A stretch of DNA of 64,000 bases, taken from contig JYFJ02000353.1 of assembly GCA_000934665.2 (NCBI GenBank), forward strand, positions 62,001-126,000. The letters run 5' to 3'. The position numbers and the translations under genes are program-made. The notes under the pieces were generated by a model. It did not search any database, was not told the DNA's origin, and saw only the letters and a program-made list of their open reading frames with translations. Each line of letters starts with the position of its first letter. The stretch's first letter is position 1. Positions 51,201 to 63,382 of the stretch are shown here, one piece after another. The DNA comes from Catajapyx aquilonaris. Taxonomy: Eukaryota.

Positions 51201-53589
51201 GGACGCGCGTGTTGGACTCAGTTTTTATTGCGAGTGTCCACCGCCATTCGTGGCCGGGTTTTGTACCTAGTTTTATGATCATTCTGATTAGTGCTGTCCT
51301 ACTTTTAAATAACAAATACGAAGAATGAGCATTATTCCGGATTAGTTTGACAGCTACTTATCACGCAATACTTGAAAGCAACCAATTTTTAACTTGCAAC
51401 AGTGTTCATACATTTCCTACTCCTACGTAAAAAGGAGGCACGAAGCAACTGTAATAAAATAATTCAATTATAATGTTACTTAGCGTCCGCTAATACTGTA
51501 CCAAAAGGGGTATGACCCACCATAATAAGCAGGTAATTGCTCCTGGAAAACAAAAATACCCCACATTTGGATCCATTGTAAATCCACCCTCACTGTAATT
51601 ATTACGTGCTGGAAAGCCGCATTTTGACCTTTAAAATGTTGAATATATGCACAGAGATGAGGGTAAAAGTGGCAACATAGGTTGGACCCCCCCCCCCCCC
51701 CCCCTTTCCCTCCTCCAACAGCAAACTGGAGTTGGACGCCCCATTGCGTCAATATAGTCGGCAAGTGCCAGCCAGCCCACAGCCACCGCTTTATTATTAT
51801 TTTCTCTGCCTCGCTCCACACCAACACCGTCTGGACATTCAGACAATATGGCGGTACCCTTTATGTATTATAAGAAATATATCTTAAAGACAGGCAGCAC
51901 AGCTATATCTCTGCCCATACTTCCCGATTGTTTCGGCATGAGGCTGTGTTGCTTATTGACAGGTTAATGTCATGCTAGAGTTATTAGGTAAAACGTATGA
52001 CGCATTGTTATAGGAGACGATTGATTTCATGTTTGACAGGAGTATGGCCAGGTATTGATCAGCATATGATGTTATATAGAGGAATTAAGATGGGGAAATT
52101 ATACGACGCCTTGCTAGAGTGCTGATGGCCAGTCACGTTTGTCTGATTTTTTTGCCATTATAAGAGCAGATTGAAAGTGTACCCTTTCCGGCGGATTACT
52201 GCAGATGATGGGTTGTAATAAAACGCTTCATCAACCCTGATCCTGTAATAGGAAGCTTGTGTGTCCTACACTATGTTGCCAAAATTCCCTTGCCAGAACA
52301 TGCCAATATGCCTCGATAAAGCTGGTCTTGTGTCTACACCGGCTGTAACGCAATTTGATGATAATGGAATACTAATGGTCCATTTAGTAGGCATAACTGG
52401 CCATGCCGTGTGACCAGTCGCCGGGAATGCAGTAATTGGGCCTGCTTTTGTAATCATTTCTGGTATTTCATGCTACCATCCCCAATTACTGAAAAGAGCT
52501 GGAGGTTTGGCTTATGATCGGCTATCATTGCAGTATACAGTTGATTACATTTGACGGTTGCTGCTTCTCTCAGGATGACATGCACCTGCGCATTGGCCAA
52601 CTTTTGACGGACCAGAGGTCGACAGAAAGAGATGTTCCGACCCATCCGCGCCCCAAAAACAAACAAATCCTGTGCACGTGTGTTATCCTTGGGCTCGCTT
52701 ACATGTGGAGTCACGTGTCTAAACGCATTCTGCCTTCTGTCTAGCACCTGTCAAATGCCGCCATTTAACCTGTCCGATGCGCCATTTGCTGGCTGATAAT
52801 TAATATCGGCATCTTGCGGTTGTCGAATATACCGGAAACTTGTTCGATACGGAACATAATTAGTAATTAACCGATTTTGTGATTGGTAATCCACACTTCC
52901 GGTGTGCGCTGATTGTGCACTCATACGGCAGTCGGCAGTACAGCGATGCAACTTCGTCGTAAGTATCGAATCACCACGTTGACACAATGCACAATGTTTA
53001 TCCAAAGAGCGATGAGTCCAGACGGAATTCCAGTGTGAGGTAACACCCGCACATAGATGCTGCGGACTCTATTTTGGCATTGTAAAGAGGAGGGGGAGTG
53101 TGTGCGATGTGGCAACGCGGGTGCGGGCCGACGCCCTGGGCGCCTCCGACGCCGGCCGGGGATGCCTCTCGCTGGATCAGTTAGGGCTCTGCGCCCAATC
53201 CATCCACAGGAACCCCTCCGCACTAGTCTACCATATACTGGTGCTGCCCACTCTTCAACATACCATTTCTCTTGGGGACAGTGTGTGCGTGCGTTGTGCG
53301 TAGTCAGGCCCCCCCTCAAATTGACTTGTTTCCCCAAAAATTTCGGTAGTCTGCACGTAATGTGTACACGCGATGTATACATTTTTTTTTTCATTTAAAA
53401 AAAATTGGGTAGAGATGTGGGGGAGGTGTTTCACCTGTGACCAGACCGAGTAGGCAAGTTTCCGTCCGATCGATCTGTGCAACTGTGGGAGTGGAAGCGA
53501 CGTTGCCAGATTCCGGGTGCGGAAATTGGGAGATGTTGCAGGGAAGATAGTGGAGGGTGTCACTATGTCGATAGTTTCGGGTGTTGAGG

Positions 53590-53970
53590 CGGACGTGACG
53601 TGTACGTGACGTGCGGTTTCCCCGCTCCAACTTGCGCGGTCGTGGCTGTCCCCAAGAGAAGGGTTTCCTCAATGGTTAGTGAGGGAAGGTAGAAAGGACT
53701 AAAAAGGAGTCGATCTGTTCCGCCTATTTCCCGGCATGGCGTAGTAGAACTGGGGGTCTTTGCGCCTTGTGACGTCACGGGCAGCATGGCGGAATTCACG
53801 ATGTAGTAGTAGAATCTACGAGAGTCATGATGCCGTTCGTGGACAGCTCCGTCGAGTCCATCCCGCAGCTCATGGCGGGTAAGTCATTAGTTCGATCCCA
53901 GGATCGGGCATTAAAAGTGTCACGCTGTCGATGTCGCCAGTGTGACGGACCGTGACATGTGACGTCACGC
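53590..53970. promoter_or_regulatory. CpG/CRE-rich putative internal promoter around the proximal first exon
   Basis: Perfect TGACGTCA at 53770-53777 and 53960-53967, plus half-sites (GTGACGT) at about 53595-53612. Confidence 0.4.
53827..53878 (+). CDS. Candidate proximal alternative first coding exon, MMPFVDSSVESIPQLMA(G)
   Basis: Consensus donor G|GTAAGT at 53878/53879 in phase 1, 149 nt upstream of the 54028 acceptor, within a CpG/CRE-rich island. Confidence 0.5.
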
Positions 53971-54027
53971 TTTATGGCGGAAAAATGTTTGAAGCGACAA
54001 GGTGTGACTTGATTTGTGTCTTTGCAG

Positions 54028-54143
54028 GTCATACGAGCAGCAGAGAGGAGGAGGTGAGGCGTCGGGCACGTCGGGAAGAACCGCGACGTCACACGGTCGC
54101 TGGTGACCCCGTCGCAGGTCTGGCACGAACCATGGATCTGGAG
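54028..54143 (+). CDS. CG32809: SRCIN1/KIAA1217-like gene, first common exon, (G)HTSSREEEVRRRARREEPRRHTVAGDPVAGLARTMDLE
   Basis: Acceptor TTTGTGTCTTTGCAG|, donor GAG|GTCAGT, phase 1 to 0. The PRRHT and MDLE motifs match my recollection of this family's N-terminus. Confidence 0.85.
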
Positions 54144-56321
54144 GTCAGTACCATTTGCCCTCACATTACCAGTAGCAAAGCAATTAACCCATGGGAATAG
54201 CCAAAAAAAGATGGTCCTGGGGATGATGATGATGATGATGGTGCGGTGTAATGATGAAGTGAGGAAGGCGTTGATCGGATCGATGGATGATGCGGGCAGG
54301 AGATGAGCCAGTTTCCCGGATGGAGACGCTGCTGCTGCCCCTGCCGTCTCCATCACAGAATTACGCTCTCCGACAATGGTTTTTTCTCCCCTGGAAGTAA
54401 TACCGCAGCTGTTTATCCCAGCCTCAATTACAGGCGGTTACGTCATTTTTATGGATATGTAACGGATGTAGTTTGGACTGAAATGAACCGAATTTGGGAT
54501 GGTTGAAGTGGGTCATGCCAAGAACGCTTGGAATCTGACCTCTGACTGGGCCTGCTTCAGGTTGGGTTGCTGTAGGGCAAGGGAGCTGGGAGTGTGGAAA
54601 ATTATGTTAGTTTTGTAAACACCCAGCGGGCTCATGTCACACTTTGTGTCGGAAAAAAATATTTTGGGCAACTACTGCTTATTGTACTTTTTTGGTGTCG
54701 AATTAACAAGGCAATTAATAGTGAGGCATAAAAGTTTTACCACGAGCTGCTCTAAATTGGACATTCCTCTTTGCACGTACAGTACAAGTGTAACTTTTAA
54801 ACTTTGCGGACTCTTCTTTCTGCCCAAACTTTCCTTCAACTGTAATCTGGCCCTTGCACTACGCAGACTGTAGAACCCGAAGGCTCCCAAGAAAATGTTG
54901 TCAGAATACTCTCCACCTGTTGTCGCCTCCAAATTCACTCTGCATCCAAAGATGGTCCCAGCAGAAACAAGCCGACTGATTCGAAAGGCGGTGTATCGAT
55001 CTCATTTTCCTCTTTCACCATATTTTTACACGAATCCTAAGTAGTTTGTACCCGCCAAAAGCTGCATAATAGTTGCAATCTGATGCAGAATAGTATTTTT
55101 TCCCGGTTGATTGTGATTAGAGGGGGAGTATGGACCAGGAAGGGGCGCTTTTTCAATTAAAGAGTCGGGAGGCCAAAGGAAGCTGTTTGCTCTTCAAACA
55201 ACGGCCTTCTGTAATTAATGAAGGTGCCGAGGATTGCTTGCGGACCTCTTTTCCTCTCTTTGCTTTCACTCGACCGTACAGTACATTTCAAGCGCGAACG
55301 TTTTTTTGGAATTACAGGGGAGGGTGATGGGAGTGATTGCCTTCAGATCCGGTGTCTGGTCGATACATTTCTTATCTCCTGGTGTGGGAAGAGCCTGATT
55401 TTTTCAGAAGGTGCATGTACTGTATAGGTAAGAAGCTTTTGGACAAACACAACCGTAATCGACATATTTTCCACTTTTGATACATATGGCTTAAAAAATT
55501 ATTTTGAGTAAATTATGCACATATGAGCATAATTTTTGCTGGTGGCCGCTTCACCATATGTGATCGTTCAAATTAACTCAATGGCGAAAGTGGGTCAGAG
55601 TTACATCGTATTGAAACGTCGATATTATTTACACACGCTGCACCACAGCTGCCCCTGAATAAAACAGGGGCCTGAAACACAGTTTATTACGATGTGGCGG
55701 ATTATGCATCAACAAGCGATTGTTGTAATTTTTCAACGTTGCTTGCATGAGTCCAGATCGATCCAATATAGGTGTCCCCCTGGGACTTGTTTCTATAGCG
55801 AAAGGGGTACACGTTTAATTATCTCCACCAGTTATTCGCTTGTGTATATGGTTAGTACTTTGTGTCTCTTTTGAACAAAGGCGTGTCATGTAAGGCAGAA
55901 GGTACAATTATTCGCGCGCCATTCATAATTAGGACGCATAATTACATGCGACGAAGGCGACAAAACAGTGACATGCTGTCACACGTGAAATTGCGTGAGT
56001 CGCAACATTTCTATGCATTTAAAACTGTCGTGTGATGGGTCTCCTGATTGCCTAACAGACAAGTCAGGACAAACCTACTATATAGTATAGGTAGAAAAAC
56101 AAAAAAACGCAATTTTTGAAGCGATAAACCTCATCCCCGGCCATCGCGTGTATAATAATAACTGCCTTTATAGCCCATGGATGTTGTAGAGTTGTAGCCA
56201 TTAATTTATAAACACAATAGACCTAGGTGTATTACCGCTAAACAGTTTTCGGAAGCGGCATGCACGTTGTTAACACAATTAATTTTTATGCATGTTTTCC
56301 TGTTTGTTTTCCACGCATCAG

Positions 56322-56351
56322 ATGGGCGGAAAGTCGCAGCGTCGCATTAAG
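56322..56351 (+). CDS. CG32809: 30-nt micro-exon (phase 0-0), MGGKSQRRIK
   Basis: Polypyrimidine tract plus CAG| acceptor and a perfect AAG|GTAAGT donor. It is a GC-richer island in an AT-rich intron and preserves frame. Confidence 0.75.
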
Positions 56352-57816
56352 GTAAGTGTTTATACTATTTGTGCAAATTTCTCAGTTGTATTTTTTGCAA
56401 CATTGGATCTATTTCCTGCTCTTCGGTTTCGAGTGGGATTATTTTCCTAAGGAATATTTAATGCGTGTTTTACATGGTGAGGCGTCCGATTATCCTACTT
56501 TTCATCAATTTCTAAGCAATTATACCGTGAATTGAATTGGCTGCTGGAATAGGATGAAAGCTACAGTCAAGTCGGAAAGTATGATCAATAGAAATGCATG
56601 CCCTGCGACTACTATTTTTACAAATTTGAATGAATGAACACAAAATAAATTTATGCGCAATATTTTAAAAATGCGTGATCGGAGATTTTTTAATTAATTT
56701 GAGTGAATTCAACCTGGCCTTTAGTTTGCTGCAATGATTTTCTCCGCAGCTCGGGAACAATAGTTATTGTCAGTTCAACTTGGGCAATTTCGGTATAATG
56801 ATCTCACCCTGTTTCAAGCCCGTTGGTTGGGATATTTCGTGGTGAATTTGTAAAGGCAACGACACACTGAAATGTGAATGACCCTAGGATGGGAATTTCC
56901 AACCTCTATTGATTTGCATCGTGACTGAGAAAACACACAAACGGCTGTAAGTAAATATTGTGCTACGAGCATATGCTGTGGCCACATGAATCTGTCCAGA
57001 AGACTGATTTTAATAATTCCTCGTAGAAATAATTTACACATTTTCAGCACTGTAGTTGGATGTACAGAGTGAGTCATTCATTGCGATACTTTCCGACTTA
57101 ATGTATAGCACGACATAAATATGCTGCTTTTTGAACAATTGAGTGGAGTAATCTTTACATTATTCATGAGGGCAATTTTATCGATACATTATTAGGAAAA
57201 AGCGCCTAAATTTGGCAAATTCATAATGGAAATATTTGTAGGCATCGTTAGGCGTTTGAGAAAGAATAGTTCGGAAAAGTTGTAATGTTTCCCTACCCTG
57301 CGTATTATTTAGACAGTTTTTCTGTTGCCTTGCTGTTTTCTACGGTATTGCATGATCTGGTGCATCCATTAATAAATTACTATTTTTTTTGTAAGCCTGT
57401 GTGTTTATACTGTGTAAGGCTCCAGTATAGTTGTAGAAAATTCCTATAGATTTTTCTTCAGTTCCTAAAAATGTAAAGGGAAAAATGGACGGTCAACCTC
57501 ATAAAATTTTCCCTTATGTTCCATAGTCAGCATCTTTTCTGAGTAGATTCCTTTGGGGCCTGGCCAACTGGTATTCCGCTGCGGTATTATGTTCAGGAAG
57601 TACCAAATGGTCAACACGGGTGACACAGGGTGTGTGTTTTTAACCCCCAGCAGTGTCAACCCTTTTGACAGCATGACATGTGCCTGCAGGCGTAATAATT
57701 ACATGACACTAATACCTAGCAAAAGCCCAGTTGGTCCAGACCTGCCTGCTTGCTTGCCAGCCTTGGGTTTGATTAACCAACCCGGTTTGGACCTGTCCCT
57801 GTTTCTGCCCTTGTAG

Positions 57817-57945
57817 AACAAACAAGGCCCGACCCCTGACCTCGGCGGAAGAGATGCAGTTCTCGACCACCTGCAGCGCAAATACCCGCGATTTGCCCAC
57901 AAAATTGCTGCCGCTCCTGATGCTGTGCACAACCACCAGAGGAAG
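57817..57945 (+). CDS. CG32809: 129-nt exon (phase 0-0), NKQGPTPDLGGRDAVLDHLQRKYPRFAHKIAAAPDAVHNHQRK
   Basis: Acceptor CTGTTTCTGCCCTTGTAG|, donor AAG|GTACAT. RDAVLDHLQRKYP resembles the RDAFxxHLKxKYP helix recalled from vertebrate SRCIN1/KIAA1217. It is absent from the ORF track. Confidence 0.85.
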
Positions 57946-58937
57946 GTACATTCCTTCATTCGAGACACACCTTTTTTCCCCTTTTCCTCCCGCATCATCT
58001 GATAGGTAGGGCATTTCGAAATAATGGGCTTAGGGCTTTTTTTTTGGAAAGTGAGAAATGGCTCTTCTTTTTTGGAGAGAAGTCTCATCTTCTAGCCTTC
58101 GGGCTTTGATTAGGAGACCGTCAAATGGACTTAGACCTGGAGACTCAGAAGGACTTTTCTTAATTGGCTCCGGAAACCTGGGATCTGCGAGCTCACCTGC
58201 CTGTCAAACAAACTGGCGCCTTTTATCCACTTCTTCTTTCTTCCCCATCAGCATAATTTTTTGGGGCTCCCATCTTCCTTTTTGTACGGGCTCAAAGTTT
58301 TGCTGCAGGAGCCTACAGGACAAATCCCTCCTCGTTTTCTACCAGAAAAGACGGATTCATGCAGAATTCAGAGCCATATCGCACTCAGGCTGACTCCTTC
58401 ATAAATAACTCCGTGCGTTTCAAGTTAGCAGCGTTGTTTTTTTTTGTGCTGTAGTTTTCTCTCAACCGATATGACGTTTGACCTCTTCCTACTTCTTCTT
58501 TCACTGTGTGTGTGTGTGAGTGTAGAGCTGTCGTTTTTTGAGGTACAAGAAACCGCTTAGTTTGTTGTGGTTGTATATTTAACAGCTGTATTTTTGTAGC
58601 CTGTTGTGATCCGGTACCAAATTTGACCCGATAGATCCCTTCGCAAAGAGTTATTAAACAAATATTTTCCGTGTGTTCACGTGGTGCGATGAACTGTACA
58701 CATTGGCGTTGAATTGTAAATAACTGGGCGTGTCACATGCTGCTACAGTGCTCTGAAATCTGAAAAAAAAGTGATGTCAAACAATCGCTGTTGAAAGTAG
58801 CTATTTAAAAATTCACGTACCGTATGTCACATATTCGCGGACCTGGACTCAAAATTTGGGTATATTATTATATGACATCTTGAATCGTGCTGTGGGTGGG
58901 TGGGTTTGCAGTAAAATGCATTTTGTGATGTTTCCAG

Positions 58938-59109
58938 CAATCGACGTTGCCCAGAGGATATCCGGCGCCTTCCAGCACCATGTTCGACGACGACCCCGGA
59001 ATTATGTCGGAAGCCGAGACTTCCTCCACCGGGTTTCGACGAGGGGGAAAACAACGATCTTCGTTGCCTGTGGTCAGAACGCCCTCCAAGACGCTGGAGA
59101 GACCTTTAG
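58938..59109 (+). CDS. CG32809: Exon (phase 0-1), QSTLPRGYPAPSSTMFDDDPGIMSEAETSSTGFRRGGKQRSSLPVVRTPSKTLERPL(G)
   Basis: TTTCCAG| acceptor and TAG|GTGAGC donor. The MSEAE...GFxRG..R.SLPVVR....T.ER.LG signature is characteristic of the SRCIN1/KIAA1217/CG32809 family. Confidence 0.93.
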
Positions 59110-59333
59110 GTGAGCCAGAAGCTGGGTTCACACGGGGGAGTTGGGTCCTTGTGGTTGGAAACCACAAATCAGCACGTGCGATTGAGTTCACAAATCAGCT
59201 GACAGGTTGGGATATACCAATCAGCGGGCTGTACGCAACTGCAAAGCTGATTAGCGGATCTTAACCACAACTACTTCAAAGACAACGACCACCCGTGTAA
59301 ACCAGCTATAACGATTTTTGATGCCATTTCCAG

Positions 59334-59532
59334 GTCTGGTGTTCCTGCAGTACCGAAGTGAAACGAAACGGGCGCTCCTTCCCAACGAAATCACCTCCTT
59401 GGACACGGTCAAGGCACTCTTCGTGCGGTCCTTTCCAAAGCAGCTCACCATGGAATACCTGGACTCAAACATAGTCAAAATTTACATCCACGACTCTTCA
59501 AAGGACATGTTTTACGAGCTGGAGGATCTCAG
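59334..59532 (+). CDS. CG32809: Exon (phase 1-2) encoding the start of the AIP3 (actin-interacting protein 3/Bud6-like) domain, GLVFLQYRSETKRALLPNEITSLDTVKALFVRSFPKQLTMEYLDSNIVKIYIHDSSKDMFYELEDL(R)
   Basis: TTTCCAG| and AG|GTGAGT splice sites. Highly conserved family core (LxLQYxxETK...PNEITSxDTxxALFVxxFP...IYIxD...FYELED). Confidence 0.96.
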
Positions 59533-60618
59533 GTGAGTAGCTTGAATTGTTTCGGTACAATGTTTGAACCGCGCCTTTTTGGAGAAACGGACCTGGAGGC
59601 ATGTTTGATTTCGTGGGGTTTGACGTACCAGGCATGCGGCAGTGCCTGCGACGTTAGTGACAGCAGAAACGACACCCCGATTCCATTTGGAGACAATTGA
59701 GAAAATGAGAATTGGACTGCCTTGGATCGATAGTTCCCGGGCCTCTCTCTCTACACTGCAACTTGCTTGGACTTGCCCAATGTGAGCTTTTCCCATGTAG
59801 CTCACTAAGTAGAGTAAGTGCCCTCTGATGGCGGAGGCCATTACGACTCCGGTTACTTGCTTTTGCAACTGAGTCCCACCGGGTAGTTTTTTTTAAAGGG
59901 AAGGTTACTGCAACCTTTTGGTCGCCTGGACAGGAGTTGCATGCCAACGCGAATATTTTACTGGTATAGTCCACGGTCCCGTGCAAATTTCGGAGCATTT
60001 GCACTTTCACTCGGCCTAAATTGGTGCTGTTGCTTGTGAGCTGATGTGCTCCATGCTGGGAGGGCTGCAGCTTGGGTGTTGACAATAACAGACGTATTTT
60101 ACCTCAAGTTACCACCGTGCATGTCATTTGCCTAACAATTTTCCAGGACTGTTTCGCTATGGGCAGATTTTAAGAGATATTTTGTTCGTAATACTGCAGC
60201 ACATAGTTCGGTAATGGCACAAGCTTGCAGAGTAGTCATTCTACAGGATTAATTTTAGTAGAGGTGTCGTTGCCGCCTCGGTGTTGAGATTGTTAATTTT
60301 TAAAAGGGAGACCACGCACTTTTATCTATACTCTCCTATAGGCGTGTATCCGCCGCGAAGGAAGGTTAGGTCGTGGTTGGTGCAGCGTGCCCCTACCCCT
60401 GCCACATTCGGTCTCCTATTTCAAAAGTCATTCCTTCTTAAAAATACAGCATAATGGGGGGTTTTAAAATTTGCCAAGTGCTGCATCTCAAATGCCACCA
60501 AGTTGAAAATGATACTCTTGTGACAAAGGAATTCGCGACAGTTGGTCTGCATCATTGCGAAACATCCGCACAAATATAACAACATCTCTCTGATTTGAAG
60601 TTTGGGTACATCCGGCAG

Positions 60619-60763
60619 AGACATCCGGGACCGATCAGTGCTGCGGCTGTTCGAGTCCGACGTAAACGGCAGCGTGGTACCGCTCTGGGATCAGGACCAG
60701 TCGTACTTCAGCGAGCCAGAATTCGACTCTGAGTACCAGCACCAGCACATCCACAAGACCAAA
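60619..60763 (+). CDS. CG32809: Exon (phase 2-0), (R)DIRDRSVLRLFESDVNGSVVPLWDQDQSYFSEPEFDSEYQHQHIHKTK
   Basis: CAG| acceptor and AAA|GTAAGT donor. It continues the domain in frame (ELEDLRDIRDRSVLRL). Confidence 0.93.
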
Positions 60764-62456
60764 GTAAGTGACCGTAATTGTCGGATTTTCTCTTTCCCCC
60801 CCAATATGTGTGTGTGTGTGAGGTCCGTAGTAGGGATGTTGGAGGGTTGCGGTAAGAAGAGAGTTGGAAGCCAGAGAGCGAGAGGTTCAAAGACCCGGGG
60901 ATCGATCCCAGGAATCGATCCATGTAGTTCCAGTCGAGGCTGGCACTTTTGGAGAGGCGCCACTGGCCCACTTGGCCAGATGCTGCCTTCTAACACACCC
61001 CCCCACCAACCCTCATCCTTTCTCTGGCTGCTACGAAACACTTGTGTTCCTCAGAAAAACCTCTGTCTTCCACCATCGTCTTTTTACTTCCATTTCGGGA
61101 CCGGCCGAAAGGCCCACTTACAGCCCCCACGGGCCATTTCCACGCAACACTTTTGGTCTCACACAAAAAAGAGGAAAAGTTAGGTCGAGCAGAGAAGATT
61201 TGTCTGCTAGGTCATGATTTTGCGTTAACCTCCATTCCTGACGGGTTGGGTCGCGTCACATTTTGAGCTCGAACGTGAGCCACTGTCAACCACTGCTTAA
61301 ATGTCACCGTGTCCCCCCATTTACTTCTGTCGCATATGGAATTGTGCGGTAAACAGTACCTGCAACCTGATTTGCAAGGGAGATCGTGTTCCGACGCAGA
61401 ATCAATAACAATTCATTATTTGGAACAACCGTTGTGCTGTGTAAAGCGGGCTGAATTTTTTCTGACTTGGTTTTATAAAATGAATGGCATGGCTTGGGGC
61501 GTTTCTCTTGCCCCTGTAGGATACTTCCGGGAACGTAGGAGAGATTGCAGTGTTCAGAAGCTTTCAGGATGAAGGTTCATACGAGTCGCATTGCCCTAGG
61601 GCGGCCGCTTTTTGATTAGGTTTACTTGCGGAATATTTTGTGAATGCCCGAGAGGTTTTGTGCACGTTATAAAATGCGACAGTGGCTATTAATTTTTGAG
61701 TCGGGTCGTCTACAGTGTGGCCGGATTGAATGGGGCTACGTGTTTATTTTTGAAACATGTTTGTGTATATAGCTTTGTTGCATCAATGAACGGAAGAATT
61801 TCATGGTACTTACGTGTAAGTGCTTAATGGGGACATTTATTACAGGTGATCAACAAAGTATCGGCCTCGTCGCCGACACCGCAGCCTATCTATTGGCGAG
61901 GAGGTAAAGGTCAATGTTTCTGGCAATTGTTGACTGGTTGGTTGTTTGAGGGCCTTGAAACTTTTTTGGGACATAACCATGAAATGGCTGGAAACTAACC
62001 AACCGCACGAACTCTTTAACCAGTGACTGTTATGTGTACTGACTGTTTAGCCTGGAAAGTGTCTATCCCTTTCTCTCCCTCCACTTCTTGTTTCTGGCAC
62101 TTGCACGCTCACTATTTGTTTTTTCTCCACGAAGCAAACTAGCTAGCTAACACTGTACCTGTGTCTTTTTAGATATTCTCACTCCTGTCTCTCTGTCGCC
62201 TCTATTATTTTTTGCATTTTCTCTGTTTTTTGGTGTGTGGCTTATAATAAACAAAAAAAAAACTGCACCGTTTTTTGCGAGTAGTCAAGGCGCGTCAATC
62301 GCAAGTGGCAGAAATTTTTGAGACAGACGCGATATTTTTTGAGCAGAAAAAGTGAGCTCGATCCAGCAAGTGGAGGAAGATCGGGAACATAATTGGCTGA
62401 GTTTCCCTCCGAAGAGAGAAAAAAAAGACCTGACCCCTCCCAATCCTCATTTTTAG

Positions 62457-62619
62457 GGCAGCAGCAAAAGTGGCGGCAACTCTTCGGCCTACTACATGGC
62501 CCTGTCGTATCCGCCCACGGTCGCGGCCACGGCCACTTTGCCCCGGGGCCCACTTCTCAGGCCGTTTTCGCCTTCTCCGGGTCCTCCCGACAGAACCAAA
62601 CCTGTTTCGCCGGCCACAG
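62457..62619 (+). CDS. CG32809: Exon (phase 0-1), GSSKSGGNSSAYYMALSYPPTVAATATLPRGPLLRPFSPSPGPPDRTKPVSPAT(G)
   Basis: CATTTTTAG| acceptor and CAG|GTAAAA donor. Frame-compatible with both neighbouring exons; Pro/Ser-rich. Confidence 0.85.
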
Positions 62620-62845
62620 GTAAAATAACCAGCAATTTACCCCCCAAAAAATCAGGCCCAAATCAGAATCGGACATCGCGAATTTTTTGCGCTTTTTTTT
62701 CCATCCCCTGCCCTCCAAGTCCTTTTCTGCACGCCTGCTTTTCACATGGCATGGCCAGTGAGTGTGCTTTATTAGACCACCAGTTAATACCAACAAGTGG
62801 GTGACCTCGGAGAGAAAAATGCATGTCCGTATTGGTGTCCGTCAG

Positions 62846-63076
62846 GGTCAAGTCAGGCGCCGCCCAAGCCTCAGAGGAGCTATCAGCAGCCGCTTCTTCT
62901 GAAGCCGGCTGGTGTCAGGGGCGGCCCTCAGCCCCCGGTGCCCGTGCCCCCGGGCCAAGTGCCCTCTCCCAGGCCGGGTCAAGTAGCGCCCCAGCCCAGG
63001 GTGCCAGACAGAACCTACGGGCCGCCCACCTACATGTCGCCTCCTGAGAGAAGGGACGCTCTCTACTCCTCGCCAG
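62846..63076 (+). CDS. CG32809: Proline-rich exon (phase 1-1), (G)SSQAPPKPQRSYQQ...YMSPPERRDALYSSP
   Basis: GTCCGTCAG| acceptor, CAG|GTAATG donor, 231 nt, GC-rich, contains PxxP motifs. Confidence 0.85.
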
Positions 63077-63231
63077 GTAATGGCACGCAGAAACACTTGC
63101 CACTTGAGATTGACCTCATTGGCCCAAGTAGACCACTCATCAATGTGTAATTAATGATGTAGAGTAGCACTAATTGTCAGGGGTCAATTTTGGGGGGGCA
63201 GTAAAAAAAGAGTCGTGGTTGACTGTTCTAG

Positions 63232-63382
63232 ATCGACTGCATGCCGAGTCAGGGTACATATCTTCGCCTGAGAGGGGTCGGCCGTACCCGTCGTACCCGG
63301 CCACTGCGTACGAGGACCCGTACTACAGCCAGTACACATCCAGATCTGGATCAGTCACGCCGGTCATCGACGAAGAATCAAG
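63232..63382 (+). CDS. CG32809: Exon (phase 1-2), (D)RLHAESGYISSPERGRPYPSYPATAYEDPYYSQYTSRSGSVTPVIDEES(R); the gene continues beyond the window
   Basis: TGTTCTAG| acceptor and AG|GTAGGC donor. The GYxSSPER, YEDPYYSQY and GSVTPVIDEE motifs precede the coiled coil in arthropod members as I recall them. Confidence 0.9.

Noticed and set aside
600..53560. The many 60-190 aa ORFs in the six-frame track
   Set aside because: They have no recognisable domains, many start at alternative codons, they overlap on both strands and they read like translated intron (runs of F and K). Only the segments with consistent splice signals were kept.
60764..61183. C-terminal extension of the 193-aa ORF 60602-61183
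   Set aside because: Read-through past the strong donor GTAAGT at 60764 into intron. Family similarity ends at HIHKTK.
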